From assembly GCA_040954595.2 (NCBI GenBank), contig CM082596.2, positions 7,828,468-7,892,467 of the forward strand: a DNA stretch of 64,000 bases. The letters run 5' to 3'. Position 1 is the stretch's first letter, and each line of letters begins with the position of its first letter. Positions 1-13,700 of the stretch are shown here, in pieces. Under the pieces are notes generated by a model. It did no database searches, was not told the DNA's origin, and saw only the letters and a program-made list of their open reading frames with translations. Position numbers and translations under genes: made by a program. Source of the DNA: Balanoglossus misakiensis (taxonomy: Eukaryota; Animalia; Hemichordata).

Positions 1-200
1 TTGTGGATAAATATAGAGATCTGAAAGCTAATCTTATTTGGCCTTGTATGCCAGTTGTCAGTGATATTGTATTTGTATGCTGATTGAAATAGTCACATGG
101 TGTTTAAATACATTGCTTTGGTACCTTTGATTCCCCATGCGTTTCTTTTGAGTTGTGTTATTGAATTCTGTTTCATAAAATTGTCCTTTTCTGGTCTCAG

Positions 201-3200
201 GTGAACAGTTGCTACATCCACTGTATAAAGGTACCAGTTTCTTCAAGATCAAACCAAGCAGGAAATACCCCCGTGTATACCAACTTGACAAGAACAATGA
301 CTATATCACCTACTCGCCCTCCAAGAAGAAAGCCAATGAGAGTAGAAGTAAGTAAAATAGACAAAAGTTCTATGTTGGTGTTGATGTTAAAGGTATACAG
401 TCACCTAAGCAAATATAGCTACAGTTACCATGGTTAATTGAGATCTAGCCAATCACAGTGGGTGGCACACCCAAAAAATAGAGCGCCACCATCTGTTCTT
501 TAGAACACTCAAATACGCCATTTCTGACATGTATGGGCGTATGTAAATTGGAGGTGACTGTATACCTTTAAATCATAGAGGGAAGGATATTACAGTAAAT
601 GCAGGAAAGATCAGAGATCTCTGTCTTTTCTTATGTAATAATCATGATTGTGTTTTACATAATGTAAATGCATACTAGTATATTGGCCATTTCTTTGGTA
701 GACTTTATTGACATGAAAAAGAGGTATACCAACATCATTTGTAGGGGGAGTACCTCATACCCCTTCCCCCACCAATTACATACATGTTTACGTGAAACCT
801 GCAACGCTACAAAACATATGACCAAACATTGGTAATGGACTAATTAATTGCACTGACCAACCACCTGTTACCAGTACTACTAGTATTTCCTTTTGCCAAC
901 TGATTACTAAAAACCAAAATCAACATGGCTTGTTCATTTCCAAGTATATACAGGTATTTATTATTTTGTACAAAAGTGAGATTATCTGTTAAAACAAGCA
1001 TATTGAGCATTGCTTTACTACTCCATTCCAACCACAAATATATCATGACATGACAAGCAAAAACTAAGGTATTAATGGTTTATATGTAGACAGACTGAGT
1101 CATTTTGGGAGATGAATCACATATTCAGCTGATATATTAGCTTGTAGTGGCACTCTGTTTTATATAGCCAGAATGACTTCAAAAAGCTAATAATTTTTCT
1201 GGGGAATTCGTTGTATAACTGAGTAAACACTAACTTCATACATGAGTATTACACAACAATTTAATTAAATATCACAGATGTTACCACTTTTCCGTGGCAG
1301 TTTTTGTCTGCTGAAGTTAAAAAAACATGTGCTTGTGTCGCATTTCTGTTTGGCTTTCTAAAACCCTGGAATCCAGACTAAGTTTACTTTGTTTTTCTTC
1401 CCAAACGCTCGTCCCCATTCCAAGGAAGTTGTTTTCCTCGAAAGGACACCTTAAAAAACATTAATGGTAACCTTTTTGTCATTTGTATCTACAATCAAAG
1501 TTGGAAAACCTGTCAAACAATATGTCCATTGCAAAAGTCAAATTATCTGTTACTGGCAGAAAAACTGCCGATTTGGAATGTATCATTTTGACGGGTTTCC
1601 AGCTTTGAAGTGTAGATTGCAGCACTTCTCAGTTGCACTTATCTTGGCTTCTGTTAATTTCACTGCAATATGGCATAATTGCTTTCTCTATTTATCAGCA
1701 CAGGGGAATGCTTTGGACCATAATACCCGGTATATCAAGTTCCAGTCTATGCAAGAATCCATACACTCACTGATGATATCCTTCTGTATTGAACTGTCAA
1801 TGAAAGAATGCACCGATATTGATACCTGAACAATGATAAAACTCAATCTGATTAAAATCAGCTGTAGAGATAGATGGTGTCTTTTCCTTCGCTTGGTCTC
1901 CGTTGTTAGAATTCTACCTGATCTCTGCTTTTCGTGATCTACCAGTACATGTTCGATGTGCCAAAGCAGAACGCAGCAGAGACCAAGCAAAATTAAAGAC
2001 GCCTCCTATCCCTACAGGCGACCGTAATCAGATTGGTGACTGAAACTGCAAATTTCGATGGAATTGCCTATCAAGTAATTATTTTAACCTCATCTCAGCA
2101 TTAATGCTGAAACTTACTTTTTGTAGAATTTGTTTCTGTGCAATGCTAAGCGTGTCGAATGCATTTCAGCAATGGACAGTTCAGTATGGAATACACCCAG
2201 TTGCACTCTGATGAAGTCTGTTATAAATATCACTGTAATACTGTAAAACGGGAAATTTTCACGAACGAAAAATGTTTGCGAACTACGCGAGAGCCCAAAA
2301 AGGCAAAAATATAAAAGTCGTGTAAAAATGTTTTTCAGATATAATGATGTAGTGAAAATTAATAGTCGCATAACAGTTGCCTCTTGATATCGCGAAAATT
2401 TCCTGCCGTGAAAATTTCCCGTTTTACAGTATAATAAAACATATGGTATGAGCATGAAAACACTCAGGACCAGGTTAATATTACGATGCTGTTCTATATT
2501 AAGGAGTAACACCATACAATATAGTATGAATGTATGTTTTGCTTGGGATGTGTTGAAATCCTGCTTCCAGGAAATCACCAATCCAGACAGTTTAAGAATA
2601 GATCTTCCTAATATGGTACTTCATAAGCATTGATCACCCGAGAAATATTTGTTGACAATCTGATGATTAATGCAACTTTGCCACATTTGTCGTTTTTTTT
2701 TTCAGCGAAACCAAATGTCCACCACTGAACACCTTGTTGATTTTATGGTCACACACATTAATAACTTCCAACAGATTTTCCATATGCTAACAAGCAATGG
2801 ATCAGCGTTCCTATATCCCTTATAAATTATCACGGACACGCGACCCTGTTTGCAGATGTGCATTGCTGCATCTCTCAAAATGCTATTTCAGGAATAAACA
2901 ACATCCAGGGACTTGTGTCTGCATGCAAATGTCTAGGTTTTAAATATAATTTATATGGATGGCTTTGAGTTCTTGCTCAGAACTTTTTTTTCCGACAATT
3001 TCAGAAATAATACATGTAATACCAGGGGTAACTTTAAGATTGAGTTGAGTAAATATTGTCAGGTTTTGCCGATTCTGTGTTGACATGTTGCTGTCGTGCT
3101 GTTGAGTTTTGTCACAGTGCTGAGCAAAGTCATGCTATGGACACCACTGAAATAGACAGTGAATGTTGGACATCAACAATTGATATGGGAAGGATTTCGT

Positions 3201-5925
3201 CTTTCAGTGTATTTTGACAAAATTGATCGGAAGTTGCACAAAGATGTGGAAAGACAGAATTGATTTGCAATCAAATGAATTTACAATCAGCAATTCTAAT
3301 ATTGCATGAATATATTACGTGTTCTGTTATTGGCACATTAGCTGGTCAATATCGGACAACCCTGGGAACCCATCAATTGATCATGATACGATACTGAAAA
3401 TAACCACTGTGTCTATGCTGGCATCAGTCAAGTATCACATGGGCAGTCGCTGATTGTTTTTACCTGTGTGCCATCTGTGTAGTCAATGCAAACAAATACC
3501 AGCAGATTTGACTGCAACTTTGTGGCGTGAATTAACATCTAGCGTCTGTTACGCGGGTATTGCACCTGGCATGGAACAATTCCAGAAAGACAAATCAAGC
3601 CAAATCACAGAAGAAGACACATTTGGACAAATACTAATAGTATAAATTGATTTTAGGTTTGTGAGCACACATGATTACTGGATAAGATACAGGCATAGCT
3701 GTGATACGTCAGAAATTATGTGTCAGTAATAAAATGAGGGATCAACTAACTCGTCAAGGCTGCTGACTAAGGTCTTATAGCGAACACTAAACAATATTGC
3801 ATTATTTGGCCTTCCTTTTGTTCATTGGGTTTTGCTAAAGGGTACCATTAAAAAGCCTCTGGTCTAAATTAAGAAGTTATCCTCTAAGACATGCACAATG
3901 TGAAGCATTTATTGTGAATTGTATGCACACATTTCTGTAAAAAATATCTTATGTATCCTAGTAACTGATGCCTGAAATCTACCTGAAATATGCATGTTTA
4001 AAACTAAAATCAAGGTGCTTTCTTAGAACTACATGGCAGTGGACAACTTCATTGTTCATAAACACCAGTTTATCTTAGACTGGGCCACCCTATTGTTAGT
4101 CAGTGGCTAGCCCATTGTTTGCAAATTGGAATATAACTCTTGGTCTGTATGGTAGTTTAGCACACAGTCACTGTGTGGAGGGACTGTGTTTAGCATCATT
4201 CTTGAGTCACTTGTGTTTGTAAATGGTCAGTATAGAATAACCCAAATCTATCTCCATATATTACCCTCCAAGCTTTTGTTGTTACGCTTTTTACCTGTGT
4301 AACCTTTTAACCCCAAATTCCCTGTGGGTCCACGAAACTTACAAATGGAAAACATTGAGTGGTGCAAGGGCTGTTGTACTATGTTATGTGCAGCCCAGGT
4401 ACACAAACTCTGAATTGTGACTGGGTCGACTGTGGGTCTGTTATCAGCTTAACCAGTGCCAGCCCTGCCAAGGTTTAGCCCTTTACATACATCAAAGGTA
4501 TACGGACAGCTCTACCAGATTTTTCTGGGGCACGGGCTTAGAGAGGCAGAAATCCGAGAACAGAGCAGAACCGGCTAATGTAAAGAACGAGCCAACTCTA
4601 CATCTGGTTTTAATCTTGGTCTGGGTCATCCTAGAGTCAACCCAGTTTGAATCCAAGTTATCCCCTTCATTTAAGTTATGTGTTGCTGAAAATTATTTCA
4701 ACACACCTGCTTTCTGTCCGCTTTCAGAAATAAGGTTTATTGTACCAGGACTAAGGTTTCCCAATGTGAAAACGGATTAAATCAAATCCCTGCAACATTT
4801 TGACTTATAAAGGTTCGTGAATATAGTACAGGTAAATGAACTGGTGAATTACATAGTAGTATAATTACGGGTACATGACTGTAAATTTAATCACTGAATT
4901 GCCTGATCATACCTTGGGGATAATTTAGATATATGGCTGGGAAACCATATAGCACCATTTACCTCTGTACCACATAAGTACACAACTTTTCTCTGATAAT
5001 ATACAAGACTATTCTTGAGCAGAATGGGCGCCATAGTGGACTCACTGATTTACTAAATACTACACAAGTGAAACCACACGTTGAATTACAGTCAGTCATA
5101 TATCAATTTTAGATAAACAGGGTCAAGCAGGTATGCAGACTTTGCTCCCAAATGTTGATTTCTTCTTTCTGAGATTAGAAGTAGAACCACACAAGTTGAA
5201 TAAGATCATGGCTCATATACTTTATTATAGATGGAAATATATTAATCATCTTACATTTTAGATTTTGATAGGCATTGCAGCAGAAAATTCTAGATCTTAT
5301 TAAATAAATCTGAAAACTGCTAAAATGGCAACTGTGACACAGATGTGGTATGTAGTAAGTGTACACCTGTCAATCACCCTATCACCCTTCATACCCTTGG
5401 CTAATGGAATGTTCCTATTGTTTTCCCCCTGATCTAATGGGCCATTTCTACTATAAATGTAGGGGTGCACTGGCTAAAAAGACTGACTTTACTTTTGGCT
5501 AAAAATTTTGTGACTTCATTTTGCTTGCAGTTAGCATCAACGACATCAAGGAAGTACGCACAGGCAAGTCAACAGACACATTCAAGGCGGCCAACCTCAA
5601 GAAATTCCACGGCACGCAGTGTTTTTCTCTGGTGCTCGGCAACAATAACGAGACGGTGGATTTGGTGGCCCACTCTGATTCAGACGCTTTAAAGTGGGTC
5701 AATGGCATCAGGCATCTCAAGAAACAGTCCAAGCAGATTGATGTTAAAGCCAACAGGGATAAATATCCTTTTCAGTTGATTTCAACAAACAAACAAACAA
5801 ACAAGCAAACAAATGATCTCTCTGTCTGTATGTACCTGTCTATCAATCAATTGATCTGTCTGTATGTCCGTCTGTCTGTCTTTCTACCGGTATCTATCGA
5901 TCAATTGATCTGTCTGTCTGTCTAG

Positions 5926-5987
<62 letters not shown>

Positions 5988-7669
5988 CATGTATCTATCT
6001 ATCTATCTATCTATCTATTGTTCTATCATTCGTCAACACTCTGTAACTGAACTCAACAAGTCCATATTGTGAATACCTGAAAAGGCTATATTTGGAAGTT
6101 TCATTAGAGCCAGGATTGCAGACACACCTACAGCAAACACTGAGCAGTTCCACAACAAAAGTAGTAAACTAACCAATAAATATGCTGGCTGCTGTATAAT
6201 TTTATGTGCATTATCACCAAGCTCCAAAGAGCTCGCATAATACTGGTTCCAGGGCAGATATATCTGACAGTTCTTTAAAACTAGTTGAACAAGACATGTG
6301 CTTGATTGTCAGGTTATAATTTTTGTCATTCTTAAAAAACATTTATTTTAACGCTGTATGCTTCAGGGTGGATTTACCAAATTTGCATGTAACGTTTTGC
6401 GCCATTTATCACTCTTATGCTTTGCTGGTACACTAGCATAAAAATAGAATCTATTTTGAATGATTGTGTTTGTGTTTTGCTCAAAGAATGCAAAATGAGG
6501 AATGCATTTAAAAAAAAATTTATTTGAAAAAAATATCGTAGCACTGGAGATAGTGACCTTTACAAGTACCACATGCACTTGTACTTGCATACAAGGCAGT
6601 CCTTGCATGTATAGGTGAAGGGGTCATCGCGCCGCGTTATAAACATTACAATTCATCCACAAATCCCTGAAATTAGATAATTTTTAGAATGAACAAAGCA
6701 GCCAACTGTAGCGTAGACTGGGCATGACTGAGCAACTGAAGATCCTAGCAGGCCCTGGCGACTCCAGTGGGGTTTGTGCTGGTATGGGAGGACATATTCT
6801 CATCAAGGGGGACACCGACGCGGCGCGACGACCCCTTCCCTTTAATGAGGCCATGAATATGCTAATAGCTGCAAAGATGGAACAACCTTATATGGAGGGT
6901 GTTATTGAAGTTATGGGTGCTACCAGTAATTAATACTGAGCATTGCAGATCTTTTGAACATTGTACTGGTATGAGAGAGAACATGTGAAACAGGTGATAT
7001 CGAGCCAACATCCCGCTTGTATCTTTGTCAAAGTAAACTTTCACCCCAATACTACACCGCGTGAAACAGAAGTTCATGTACAGTTTCTAGTATTGTCCAG
7101 AGTTTAGGAGAGAACTGCGGCAAACATTTAGCAAAATTTAGAATGCATTTTTAGAAAATTTAAATTTTTCTTAAAGTTGTCATTATTAATATTGTTTGGC
7201 ATAATGCCAGTGGAGAGATGATGAAGTTATTAATGTATTGGAAGACCTAGATATACATGTACCTTTTAGAAATATTTGGACATAATGTATTATTTGCACA
7301 TGTTGTAAATTCCTTAATTGTAATCATGTGGATCCGAGAGTTCTTCCAGAAAGCTGACAGAAACAATGACGGCTGCATTGATTTTGAAGAAGTCTGCAAG
7401 TTGCTGAAACTGATGAATTTGAAGATTGATAAAAGACACGTTAAAAAGTGCTTTATGGTGAGACATGTTCATTTTGTTCTCATTTCTGGTATCCATATAC
7501 ATGTAATGTTGACTTTTTCCAAAGCAATATTATAGTGGTGGTGTGATGGTGGTGATGATGTTGATAATGATGATGAGGATGATTGTGGGGATGATGATGG
7601 TGATGGTGTTGACGGTTGTGGTGATGGTGGTGATGATGATGATGTTGTTGATAATGATGATGGTAGTGG

Positions 7670-7701
<32 letters not shown>

Positions 7702-7713
7702 ATGATGATGATG

Positions 7714-7746
<33 letters not shown>

Positions 7747-10700
7747 ATGATGATGTCAGTATATATTGCAAAGAAAAGTCCAGGACCATAAATCATACAG
7801 GTGTTACCAATTTCTTTTAAAGCTGGACACAAATACAATAATCTTGCATGCATTCCTCATTATATCACCCTCATCAACATCTACTACCAGCTGAAGCTAA
7901 CCTTCCACAATGATTTGTCAATTTGCAGGAAGCTGACTCAAGGAAAAGCAGGAAAACCAGTGGGGAAATGGTTGACAATGAACTTGATGCGGAAGAGTTT
8001 GTACAGTTTTATACCTTGATGACCAGAAGGGAGGAAATCTCCAACCTCTTTTACAAGTATGCGTGATTATCATCATCATCATCATCATCAGTTCCTGAGA
8101 GTCCTGAAATTTTAAACCACTAGTGGACATTCCTTGAGAGATCCAGAAAAAAGTAAAATTCGCTTCAGGAAAAGCCTGGAAATTTGATTCAGATCCACAT
8201 GCTGCCATAAAGAGTTGATAATCTTTAAGAATTTGAATTTGTTGCTTGATACTTTCTGGAAAAGGAACCTTTCGACCTCAAGTATTCCTGGATAACGGCT
8301 GGAACACCCCTGGAAAATCCCGGAATTGTGCATGACTCAGAACGAACAAACTCAGTATAAGCTTTCTATACTTTCAATCATCTTTCTGAATTAGCGCAGC
8401 TGTCTTCATGATGTTTTCGTTTTTATCAGGTATTCTGGTGATGATGATTATTGGGAAGCAGACGAGTTTCTGACATTCATGCAGACGGAACAACGGGTGA
8501 GGAATTAAAATAGACTTTTCAATCAACAGCTGGGATGTGTTATAAAAATCACACTAAAGTACATGCACCTGTGTGAGGGGCCATGGATAATTAAAACACT
8601 GACTTCATTTGGTTTCACTGTACAGTTGTATTTGATTATCGTGTGCAAATTTGCACTGTGCGCCATTTCATGAATTCCAAGCAAAATAATATTTGCATGA
8701 AGCAAATACTATCAAGAAGTAATTTCTTTGCTGCAATATCACAATCATTAAATTCTCACAACTTCAGATTGTCACATTTATTGACCAAACTGTATTTTAC
8801 TTAGATTTTGGGGTTGGAACACAAAATCTGTTGTAGGAGTGTCAGTACACAAAAGAAAAAAATAGTCAAAATCACAAAGTCTTTATTGCATTTTTAAGGG
8901 GGGTTTTGATGAAGACATGGTTTAATAAAAAATAGTCAAAATCGCAAAGTCTTTATTGCATTTTTAAGGGGGGCTTTGATGAAGATATGTTTTAATTATC
9001 CACGGACCTTAGTCCCAGCTGTGAAGAACGGAAATTACATACAACAGACAGTCAAATAAATATAACAACTTGTTCGTTTGCACATTCTATATTAATATTG
9101 TTCATAGCCCTTATCTTGACCCTAAATGCACAATTTGGTAAAAGAGACCCTCTCTTAAACAATAAAAGTGAAAAAATTATTGACATAAAAAGACAATTTA
9201 CTGGTGCGCCACACCATTGTCCTGAGTTTTATATCATGATAGCGTCATATTTCTGTCATATTTCAACAATTGTATGTATTTTTATCTCATACACTTCTAA
9301 TAATATCCCTGTTTTGCTTCCAACATGCAAATATTCTGCACACAGGCACCCAGTCGACAGGTACACTCTATTTACACCGTGACAATCAATTTTCATCGAA
9401 CATGCATCTTGACAAAAGTGGTGGACTATTTTTACCCACCGTAATTTGCATGTTGATGAGTGTTTGTATGTGTACATCATGGGGTATCATGGTATATAAT
9501 GGTTAGCTGGCAAACCAACTCATATTGTCACTGGTGTCATCCCTAGTGAAAATTAAGAAGTAAAAAATAGAGCTGGTCTGGTGTGTTTTGAACACTGTTC
9601 TCACTGACCCTAGTCAATTGAATTTGATGTGATTGTTACTTGTGAATGGTATTGACTGTCAGGAGTACATGTATTTTCACACATTCACACAGACACACAT
9701 ACACGTACACACATACGTACACACAGAGTGACACACACAAACATATGCACACACTCCCTCAATATGGTGTTGGTATTACCCAAGACTATAGTCTATTTCA
9801 AATTCAATCTGCAATTAATTGCAAACAAAATCAGGGAAGTCAGTGAAGGCACACACACTGATCAGCAAATTAGAGATGAAAACAGGTCCACTTCTTTATG
9901 TGATATACTGTTTTCATCTGTTATTCATCAAAGAGGTTGCATGTGCCTGCCATCAGCTAGAAACGGAAGCTTAAAACTCTTTTTGAGATTGCTTATATTG
10001 ATGTACAGTTTTGCAGCAACTGATCTGATCAGCTTTTTCTCCATTTAACCCTTTCACCCCCAGTTCGTCCAACCTTACCATAGAAAACAATGGGTTGAAA
10101 CTGAACCATGGTGGTGAAAGGGTTATGATAGCATGTGTGGATGAAATTAATGGTGCTGTTTTTTTATCTTTATTGCTTGCATGGAACATAATTATATCAT
10201 TATCTATGTGTGAACAGGCAGTTCAGAAGGCATTCTGACCTTTTACCCAAGTACATTTCCAAGCATAGACAAGCAAGAAACTGTTTTGACTCAAATCAAT
10301 AATGCAAGAACTAGCTTGAACTGAATTATATCAAATTACTGGTAAAAATGTTTTGTGTGACTTGCAATAAAGTTTAAACCCAGAGTGGAAATGACAGTGC
10401 AGAAGGCTGGTAGTGTTTTGTGATACAAGAGTCTAACACAAAACTGGACATTGACACATAACAGTAGTGAACTCAGGTTAGGTTTGTACATGGCACCTGC
10501 CTAGTTATACAAGAGATGCTATCTGCTGGTATACTAATTGTCTAGTTAGTGCCTGCATCAGTGCATGAAAATACATGGTGATTATGACAATTGATATAAT
10601 AATTTGTTCCTTAATGTAAATGGGTATGGTTACAAGGTTGACTTACATTCGTTTCAACTTTTGGTGACCTGACCAGCAAATGGTGAGTGGTTGGGAAAAT

Positions 10701-13700
10701 CAATTGCAAGTCGGTTATGTATTCACCCATCCTTGCATTTGATCGTAGAAAAATCCATAAGTAATAATATATTTGTTTATCTTTGAGCAGCGTAAAGAAC
10801 TTCACAGCAAGTGGGCTAAGAAGGTGATTGACAGGTATGAACCTAATCCAGAATGCCAGGCCAATGAAGTTCTAAGTTTGGATGGTAAGTACAATGTATA
10901 TATGGTATTACCTTTTTTATAAATGTAGTCTGTGTAAACTTTTAAATTACATTGGAAAGTCAAGGCAACAGTCAAGATTAAAGGTACACTGTCACCACCA
11001 ATTTTAGCTAATTTTACCATGGAAAGTTTATGTCTAGCCAATATGGCAGATTTTAGGGGGGGGGGGTGACTTCACAGAAAAAAGTGCACCCCCAAACAGT
11101 CATTTGAAGACTAAGAAATGCCCTTTTAACCATATAAGGGCTTGTGTAACATATGGGGGGATTGTATACCTTTAATATAATGGCATCTTTCTTGTGAGTA
11201 AACCTGGTTTAACCCTTTCACCCCAGTTTCCTCTTTAGAGGTCCAAATGTACCATAGAAAACAATGGGTTTGGACTGAACTATACTATAATAGGTGAATT
11301 TCACCTGTTCCCTACCCTCTGCATACAGAGAAGGTGAATGAGAAAAAATGCTTCATCCAACAAAATATTTTAAACAATATTTTTCTCTCTCTCATCACAA
11401 ATACTATAAACGAAAACTTTATCCTCAAACGTTTTTTTTCACTAACTTCACATTATTATTAGGATTTAACCTGTTCATGCTCGGCCCCAATGGAATGCTG
11501 ATGAATCCACATCACGATGAAATCTACCAAGATATGACACAACCACTCTCGCATTACTTCATTGCATCATCTCACAACACGTAAGTAATAACCTCTACCC
11601 TATAATCTCTCACTCCTGATAAGCTAACAACTGATAGTACATCTTCATGACCATCAATGCTTCATTATTTGTAACTTTCAGCTGGTTTTATTCGTCAGTG
11701 TTTTGTCTTGTTCTCGTTCGCACATGCTTGCTTATACCACTGTGATTGTCCATTGAACTTCCGGGTTTAAATCCTTCGATTCTATCCATGTATGTTGGTT
11801 TGTGCTTGAATGTGTTCATGATATGTATGGTCCATTTATTCCAGTGATAAGATTTATTGGATGAAGGAAGGGTGGTAGGGACACGTATGCACATCATTGT
11901 TCTCAGACAATTCATGTGGGGGGTGTGCAACCAAGCAACATGTCATAAAGTAGTACAAAGACCAACTGAAAAGTGAAATTTAGGTCAAATCAACAAATTA
12001 GGAATTGGTTTCTAACTGTTGTAAACATTTGAGTTATTGACATCATGTGGACTTGGTTCCATTTCATTTTTTGTTGATCAGGAAGTACTGTTAAATTCCC
12101 TTATCTTATTTTGCAACGTTGTTTTGAGTTGATTTTATGGCGCTTTGTGGTTTGTGACCTGTACTGTAATAAAGCCCTCCACCCCCACCCCACCCTTCTG
12201 TGAGCTAACCATGAAACAATGAACTCCCCCTCACCATCTTCATTCATACATGAGGATGAAATTCATCTTTGTTTTAGGAACAACCAACAATATTTAATAA
12301 AATCGCATTACGCCCACTTGCCTTTTCCACCCCATTGCATAGTAAAGAAATATTTCTAACACAAGCTTTGGCATCAGTTTGAAATTTTATGGTATGCGTG
12401 CACAACAGAAATGTAGTGTGCCCTCTACAGTCCATATGACTTGCCACTGACTCAACAAACTCACTGCTGACTCAAGGAGATTATCCACACTACATGAAAA
12501 GATATAGGGCTGACTCAGAGAAATTTTAGAAATTGACTCAAAACATTTTTAAATGATGTTTGTATGAGGGTGCACTGTCTGAGAGATGTATAGCAAGTTT
12601 ACAGGAATCACCTCCATTGATGAATAAACATCTTGATCATAAAAATAATGTGCTCTATCACATTGCCGTTGTAGATACTTGTTGGAAGACCAGCTGAAAG
12701 GACCAAGCAGTACAGAAGCCTATATCCGAGCGTTGCAACTGGGATGCAGATGTGTAGAATGTGAGTGTCTATGTTGTCTACACATCTTATTCTTTATCTG
12801 CCCAATATCCATTAATTGATTTATTAATAAACTAATTACAGGACAATAGATAGCATAGTAATTGAATGATTGATTTACAAGTAAATAAATTAATTGATAA
12901 TTATTAATGATAGTAATCTACTTGCAAATCAATCAATCATTCAATTACTATGTTATCTATTTTTCTGTAATAAGTTAATCAATCAATCAATTAATCAATT
13001 AATTTGTTATGGTGTTGTCTTGCTCCAATGATGTCATAATAATTGAATGATTGAGTTTTAAATGAACAAATTACTATCATTGTTAATTATCAGTTAGTCA
13101 ATTATGGTCTTGACTTGATCCCATGGTCCAGCTACTCTTTATTTTGTCCATTATATAATATATGACTCATAACTTATGTTCATCTTATTTCCCATGTTAA
13201 TGTTTATGTATAGTTACTTGAACAGAGACTACGTTAGATGTGTTTGCTGATTTGCTTGCCTTGATTATTTTTCAGTGGATTGCTGGGATGGTTCAGATGG
13301 CGACCCCATCATCTACCACGGCCACACCTTGACCTCAAAGATCAAGTTCAAAGCCGCCGTTGAAGCCATCAATGATTATGCTTTTGCAGCATCAGAGTAA
13401 GTGAATTCAAAAGTTGTAATTCCAAAATGTTCAATGATGCAAAGAAATTTTTCATATGACAGATTGCAGTTACATGTACTGTTGGTTTCTAAATTAGGTA
13501 CTTGATTCTGGTTTGCATTGTCCAGATATATAGCGTTGCAGATGTCTAACGAGATTTCACATTAAAGCCCTCTATAGTAACCATAGCTGTAGGCTTTAGA
13601 TAATATCTTAGAGTATATTCTAACCTCTAATTAATTTTCGCATTGCAGTTACCCCTTGATTGTATCCCTGGAAAACCACTGTTCAGTAGAACAGCAGAAG

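Larger units (their letters stand above)
5763..7327 (+). other. U12-type intron of PLC-A with AT-AT termini
   Basis: 5' site ATATCCTTT at 5763; branch-like TTCCTTAAT at 7310-7318; the 3' end that restores frame and matches the PLC-B exon size (130 nt) is CAT|G at 7327/7328. Confidence 0.8.

Noticed and set aside
1464-1990. Overlapping 121-aa and 100-aa ORFs in PLC-A intron 1
   Set aside because: No recognisable domain and no compatible splice sites found.
2114-2581. Longest ORF in the track (155 aa)
   Set aside because: Spans the palindromic MITE at 2241-2429 and has no recognisable motif.
7530-7853. Poly-Met and poly-Ile ORFs
   Set aside because: Translations of the (GAT/GGT)n microsatellite in an intron.
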